Below, piece by piece: positions 58,696 to 64,000 of a stretch of DNA of 64,000 bases (its first letter is position 1; every line of letters starts with the position of its first letter). The notes under the pieces were generated by a model that saw only the letters and a program-made list of their open reading frames with translations, had not been told where the DNA came from and searched no databases. The stretch lies in assembly GCA_040437565.1 (NCBI GenBank), contig JBDOQK010000015.1, positions 310,001 through 374,000 on the forward strand, written 5' to 3'. This DNA is from Albugo candida (Eukaryota). The position numbers were made by a program, and so were the translations under genes.

Positions 58696-61008
58696 ATGCG
58701 ATTTTGGTGTTTAGTACCTCTCTTTCATCAGTTCCTGGCAGCTATCCACGGATTTGGGATCTCATTAGGCGATCTAGATATTGAACTTCCGGATTTTTCT
58801 CCAGTAGAAAATGACAGTGGGCTTGAGTCTGCGTTCAACCAAGAAGAGCCGACCGACCCGCTCGTAATTGATGGGCGAAAAAGTATTTTGGAACCATACA
58901 GCACAACAGAACCATCGAGGAAGCTTTTCAACAGAACCGATAAAATCTTGGATGTAGCTCCACCTTTAAACATCGACTTGAAGGCAAAGCACGGCCCCAT
59001 ACCGACTAACGAATGGTGGGGTAATGCGCTCACGAACAATATGTCAAGCGACGAATTGGCGGGTGCAATATGGGCGAATCCGTACACACTTCGAATCAAC
59101 AAAACGCTTCCGTTGGGTATCCAAATCTGTTATTCGTACTTCCATAGGGTTATTGCGCCAAGAGTCAACGGTACCGTCAAATTCTACACCCATAATATCA
59201 CGAATGATTTGATGTTGTCGGGGAAGGAGCTATCCAAGAAAGCGTACCAGCTTTCCAATTGGACTGAATTTGGCGTGACTTTGCGTATCCAAGGGGCAAG
59301 GGGGTACATCGAGTCACATATGGTACAAGGAATGGCGTTTGTGACAAGCAAATATGCAGGAATCACGCCAATAATCATGTCGGAAAACAACATTTCCAGC
59401 TTCGAAAGGGACGATGACAAATATATTATAAGCTTCACCAATAAGCTAGTTTGGGTCATGTATCTGATCGGTGACGATAACATCAACTTCACGCAGAAAG
59501 ATAAGCACACAATCGTCGCCCATCAACCATACAATGGACTCATTCGTGTAGCCGTGTTGCCTAAAAACGCAGATCCCGATACGTATGACGCGTATGCTGG
59601 ATGTGTTGTACTAGGTGGTCGTATTGATGCGTTTTCCGAATACGATTACGTTTTTGAATGGGAAGTTTCCGGTATTACATGTGGTGCCGCTGGATTGCTT
59701 CACTTCTCTTTACCACATCATCGCGAAGTTCTGAGCAGAGACTCTCTGGTGGATTCCGAAATCATACTTTACTCAACTGTTCGTGGTCAAATGGTCGGAC
59801 AAATTGGCAGGGTTGAACAAGGCTCTCGATACGTTGTGTGGAAGATGCTTGAAACTGGCGTGCTCCCCAAGATCGGATTCATGCCCGATTGTGAGATCTC
59901 GTCCAAAGTTGTCGACGATACAAAGCTTTTGAAACTCCTGAAACTTGATATCGACGAGGATTACGCATCGCAAATGACGAGAGGGCTTTACTTCAATGGG
60001 AAAAAATACCAAAAGTATGCTGGTTTATGCTTGATGGCAAACGATTCAAAAATTGTGAAGGGAGATAAATCCTTGCTCAAGAAGTGTCTGATCAAGCTGA
60101 AACAGTTGTTAATACCATTCGCCTCCAACAATATTTCCTTCCCACTCGTATACGACACAGTGTATGGCGGCATCATCTCCAGCGAAGGATTGAACAAATC
60201 CAATCCTTATGCCGATTTTGGTAACAGTCTCTACAACGATCACCATTTCCACTTTCCATATTATTTGTATGCAGCAGCTGTTCTACGATTGCTTGATCCT
60301 GATTATCCGATTGAGTTTGATGAGATGTTCTGGACGCTCTTGCGAGATTACGCGAATCCAAGCATTCTCGATCCATATTTTCCTGCATTCCGATCGTTCA
60401 ACTTTTTCATTGGATACTCATATGCGCGTGGTGCAACGCTGTTGGAAGACGGAAAAGATGAGGAAAGCTCGTCTGAAGATCTGAATTCGCTGTACGCAAT
60501 ACTGCTTTGGGGTATGGTCACAAAACGGGAGAATGTTGAGAAGCTGGGTTATCTGATGCTGCAAATCAACACGCGTGTAATTAACACATACTTTTTGATG
60601 AAATCGGACAATACGGTGCACCCTCCTGCGTATGTGGACAATCGTGTCGTTGGTATCTACTTTGACAACAAATGCGAGTACAGGACGTGGTTTTCCCCCG
60701 AAGTGTACACTTTCCACGGCATTCAGATGATTCCAGCAACACCAATGTTGACGCGTGCTCGTTCACTGGAGTTTATAAGAGAAGAATGGCACGACATTCT
60801 ATCCAAACAAGACATTATCGTCAAGAAGGAACTCACAAATCCGTGGATATCGTTGCTAAATGTAAATTACGCAAGACTCAACCGAAAATCTGCAATAAAA
60901 ATTTTGCAGAGATGTGAATTAGATGATGGACTCGCACGTTCTTGGGCAATTTACATGGCTGCTACCGGGGGCCCCACTTCCTGTGAAGAGCCTCGTGAGA
61001 CGTCATAA
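58696..61008 (+). CDS. Secreted glycoside hydrolase family 81 endo-1,3-beta-glucanase
   Basis: Signal peptide; PIPTNEWWGN, GMAFVT, YFNGKKYQKYA, DFGNSLYNDHHFH, catalytic DGKDEESSSED and HGIQMIP. Confidence 0.95.
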   Translation: MRFWCLVPLFHQFLAAIHGFGISLGDLDIELPDFSPVENDSGLESAFNQEEPTDPLVIDGRKSILEPYSTTEPSRKLFNRTDKILDVAPPLNIDLKAKHGPIPTNEWWGNALTNNMSSDELAGAIWANPYTLRINKTLPLGIQICYSYFHRVIAPRVNGTVKFYTHNITNDLMLSGKELSKKAYQLSNWTEFGVTLRIQGARGYIESHMVQGMAFVTSKYAGITPIIMSENNISSFERDDDKYIISFTNKLVWVMYLIGDDNINFTQKDKHTIVAHQPYNGLIRVAVLPKNADPDTYDAYAGCVVLGGRIDAFSEYDYVFEWEVSGITCGAAGLLHFSLPHHREVLSRDSLVDSEIILYSTVRGQMVGQIGRVEQGSRYVVWKMLETGVLPKIGFMPDCEISSKVVDDTKLLKLLKLDIDEDYASQMTRGLYFNGKKYQKYAGLCLMANDSKIVKGDKSLLKKCLIKLKQLLIPFASNNISFPLVYDTVYGGIISSEGLNKSNPYADFGNSLYNDHHFHFPYYLYAAAVLRLLDPDYPIEFDEMFWTLLRDYANPSILDPYFPAFRSFNFFIGYSYARGATLLEDGKDEESSSEDLNSLYAILLWGMVTKRENVEKLGYLMLQINTRVINTYFLMKSDNTVHPPAYVDNRVVGIYFDNKCEYRTWFSPEVYTFHGIQMIPATPMLTRARSLEFIREEWHDILSKQDIIVKKELTNPWISLLNVNYARLNRKSAIKILQRCELDDGLARSWAIYMAATGGPTSCEEPRETS

Positions 61009-61098
61009 TCGATACACTAGGTGAGTAGAAAGTTGTAGGATGAGGTCAATCTGATTGTCCATGGAATTGTTAGTCAGTCAAGCCGACTTCAAGAGTCG

Positions 61099-62027
61099 TT
61101 ATATTGCGTTGCCATTGTGTGTTTGAATTGATGTTGGTGTTTGCATGATTTTATCAATAAAAAGTATTCTGAATCTTGCAGCCAGATTTTTGTTAACAGG
61201 TATCCCACGGGTGATGCCGAGTCGATTGTCAAGCTTTCCAATTCCATCTTTATCTTGTTTTCTGAAAATCCATCCACCAGTCCACATATAGCTTGCAGTA
61301 CAAAAAAGCGTCGTTGTAGATTGATCCAGATTCATGATAAACTGTTCATATGACTTGAGTTCTAGGGCCTTCACCTTCAGGTATCCGAATCGATTGACAC
61401 CCAGAAAAGCACCTGATAACTCACTTTGGAATCCCCACACGTTAATCTCAGAATCCACGGAAAATGCCCGAAAGGTGCAGCCATCTGAAATAACATCAGC
61501 ACTAAAACGCTCTCATGAAACTGACATTGATATACAGGCCAACATTCATACCTCAACAATGGTTCTCCTCCAACATCTTGCAAAAAAGCCTTGGTCGAGA
61601 GCTCTTGCAAAGCACATCGAAAGCTGTAAATGGGATGATCAGTCTTTGATCCCAGCAAACGTTTGGATTGTAAAGCTACTATTCTCATGTCGTCATTTGT
61701 GCGATCCACTTTATCATCAATTCGATCCAGCTGTTTATTCTGGGTGTCAAGAGCATAACCCATCGCCAATGAAGCATGTTTGAGTTCCTCAAGACTCGGT
61801 GCTAGCGCTGATAAATAAGCTTCGTGTACATCAACCATTCCGAAATTCGATTTGGTATCCTTCTTTACATCCGCTTCTTTGTTTGTCATTCTTTCACAAA
61901 TTTCTTCGTTCTCAGATTTCCATTTATTGGAGCTGAGTGCTGGTGTGTCATGTTTACTTCGGTAATGTGTCATAAGAAGCAAATCAGATCCAAACGCAAT
62001 CTTACACTCGGGACAGATAAAACCCAT
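61099..62027 (-). CDS. C2H2 zinc finger + t-SNARE (Qc-type) coiled coil + beta-rich C-terminal domain
   Basis: GFICPECKIAFGSDLLLMTHYRSKH; LEELKHASLAMGYALDTQNKQLDRIDDKVDRTNDDM. Intron 61502-61551 joins to WGFQSELSGAFLGVNRFGYLKV. Confidence 0.75.
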
Positions 62028-63273
62028 TGTGATCTGAACAAAACGAATAAAAAAAATTCCGGGTACACAGTGATGAGATTGCTATACTTTGTTTTCCGCT
62101 GTTTTGACGCTCCGAGTGCCCGAGTCCACGAATCGATTATAAAGCCAGCCTGACCACGCCATACCGCTATGAAATGAGAGTGAATATCAATTTATTTTCA
62201 CTTGTGCGTTTTTCTACCGTATGATACGTTTGGACGTATCGATCGCGCTCTGAGCTTGGTCAAGGTCTCGTTCGGTCTGATCGAGTTGTTCTGTATCGAG
62301 AACGCTATGAAATTCTATCTACTGGAAGAGGTATAGTATAATTACTTGCCTGATTGCAAAGATATCATTTCTGAAGTTCCACATGCTATCTCTAAAGTCT
62401 CTGAAATCTGTCGCAGTGATTCTTTGTGACGATTTTCCCATTCATTCTTTCCGTTTACGGATTCCATCTTCAATGTGCTTTCAGTGCGCAAAATGTGGGC
62501 AACATTAATATAATTCAATTTAAGGTGCCGTGGTACACGCTATTTGCACATTTAATGAGATCTTGTCTTATAATCGGTCTTGAAAATGTAGCAAAAATTA
62601 AGTCGTTCCATTCATATCTTATTTTACACTTGAAACATGTGAAATTTGATGAAAAGAACAGCTCAAACTGCCACAAAATTGGCTGCTAATGAGTTTTCAG
62701 GCGTTGGTGCTAGTATAAGGGACACACGAAATGTCGCCTTCTTTCCTGATGGCTTCCAATAATAACCAAACACGACCTCTATCGACTATACAGCTTTGTC
62801 ATAATGACTTCAGCGCCTGCTCGCTATCATGTCACAGCGCAACGATTGCGCGATGCTGTTACATACCTCCTTGTAATAAGGTCGCGAAGGGATGCGCCAT
62901 CATGAGAATCTACAGCGAAAGCCGCCAGGAGGCCACCGGTCATCCTAACGACAAAATTCAATCATTTACGTCTCTTGATTTTTTTACAGCGTCTACTATC
63001 AAACACAGTATGAAGGTCAATATCTTGCTCCTACTGATATCGCTGATGTGGCATTCACATAGGCGAGTTAATAATGCCATTGACTCGTCTTCTCCACCCA
63101 GCTACACAGAGCTAGTAGTGAAATTAGTTGACGTATTGAGGTTGAAGAGAATGTGATGTAGGACGCTGAATGTGAAGCTTGACGCAAAATTCTTTTTTCT
63201 CTATAAATAAAAGCAGAACAATGCAGTAGGCTTGCTTCCATGCATGCTAATGGACTATTCGACTACAAGCTGT

Positions 63274-63681
63274 TCAGACTGGCACACGACGATCCACTGA
63301 TAAACTGAGCCTTCGTGACATTGCAATCTCTGAACTTTCCATCAAATATCGGAAAATGCGCTTCTCGCTGAGCCCCGCACGCGTCAGCATAGCAGCTCGC
63401 TCGCAAGGTTTGAGCCACCGTACTTTTCTCCGGCGTACACTCACTCCGCGTTTTGCTTTAACCCTATCGATATGCACTCGTTTGCTCTTCTTCACTTTTT
63501 CCCGCCCACATTCCCATTCATTTTGACCCGCATCTGCTTCATTTACCGTCGTCTTCCAAACACACTTTGGTTTACGTGCCAAGCCGACAGAAGGACCCCC
63601 ATGTTTCGGAATCGCGCTACCTCCAAGTGCCACTCCAAACTCATACACTGTGATCGTAGACCATCGCACGCATTTCGTCAT
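63274..63681 (-). CDS. Small basic protein with CSRNP-N-like / RVxW motif
   Basis: From ATG 63681: KCVRWSTITVYEFGVALGGSAIPKHGGPSVGL...WLKPCERAAML. Confidence 0.65.
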   Translation of the reverse strand: MTKCVRWSTITVYEFGVALGGSAIPKHGGPSVGLARKPKCVWKTTVNEADAGQNEWECGREKVKKSKRVHIDRVKAKRGVSVRRRKVRWLKPCERAAMLTRAGLSEKRIFRYLMESSEIAMSRRLSLSVDRRVPV

Positions 63682-64000
63682 TTCCGTTTGTAAATGCTTT
63701 TCCTTACTTGTGGTTGTTCTTTTTCGTGAATGAAAGTTTTCGGAATTCAGAGAGGGAAGGGGAGGGGGGAATCTCTCCTTTTTTTTATTACTTCTCTGTG
63801 TCTCAATACACAAAATGAAAGCATTTTGATTGGAAAAGCACCTGGCCAAACCCACGTTAACTACTGGGCTATTGAGACGACTGACAAGAGCACATACCGT
63901 ACTGACTTGATTGGAAGTCGAACTCCCGAATTTTTACTTGTTAGACCTAGGAATAGCTCGAGGATATCGTGAAATTACCGGTTATAATGAAGTAATACGG

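Noticed and set aside
62200-63200. ORFs 62426-62689 and 62731-63156
   Set aside because: No recognisable motifs or splice structure; cannot be distinguished from chance ORFs.
1-64000. CRISPR arrays, rRNA, tRNA, prokaryotic operons
   Set aside because: No repeat-spacer pattern or recognisable structural RNA seen by eye, and the locus is eukaryotic; tRNAscan-SE and Infernal were not run.

Overview
Gene-dense eukaryotic scaffold with short GT-AG introns and intergenic gaps often under 300 bp. The gene content (GH5 and GH81 glucanases, a WRKY19-like CxxHGGG repeat protein, a Cys-rich secreted protein, PH-INPP4) points to an oomycete, most plausibly Albugo-like (inference). About 28 protein-coding genes are recognisable. 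No rRNA, tRNA or CRISPR array was seen. There are eleven 100-N gaps, most flanked by exact overlaps (assembly artefacts); two are flanked by diverged copies, one of which puts a premature stop in eIF2B-epsilon. The top finding is a single ORF fusing a PLP cysteine-desulfurase-like (class V aminotransferase) domain to a TtcA-type PP-loop/Fe-S tRNA thiolase, a candidate self-contained tRNA thiolation machine in a eukaryote. A stand-alone paralog of the desulfurase domain and an amino-acid permease lie 5-10 kb away. Other unusual architectures are MYND+CSRNP-like, EEA1-like C2H2+Qc-SNARE+beta-rich domain, IQ+charged helix+PX, and a secreted Cys-rich protein beside a gene-poor tract with possible retroelement relics. 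All family calls are by motif recognition; no database search was run.
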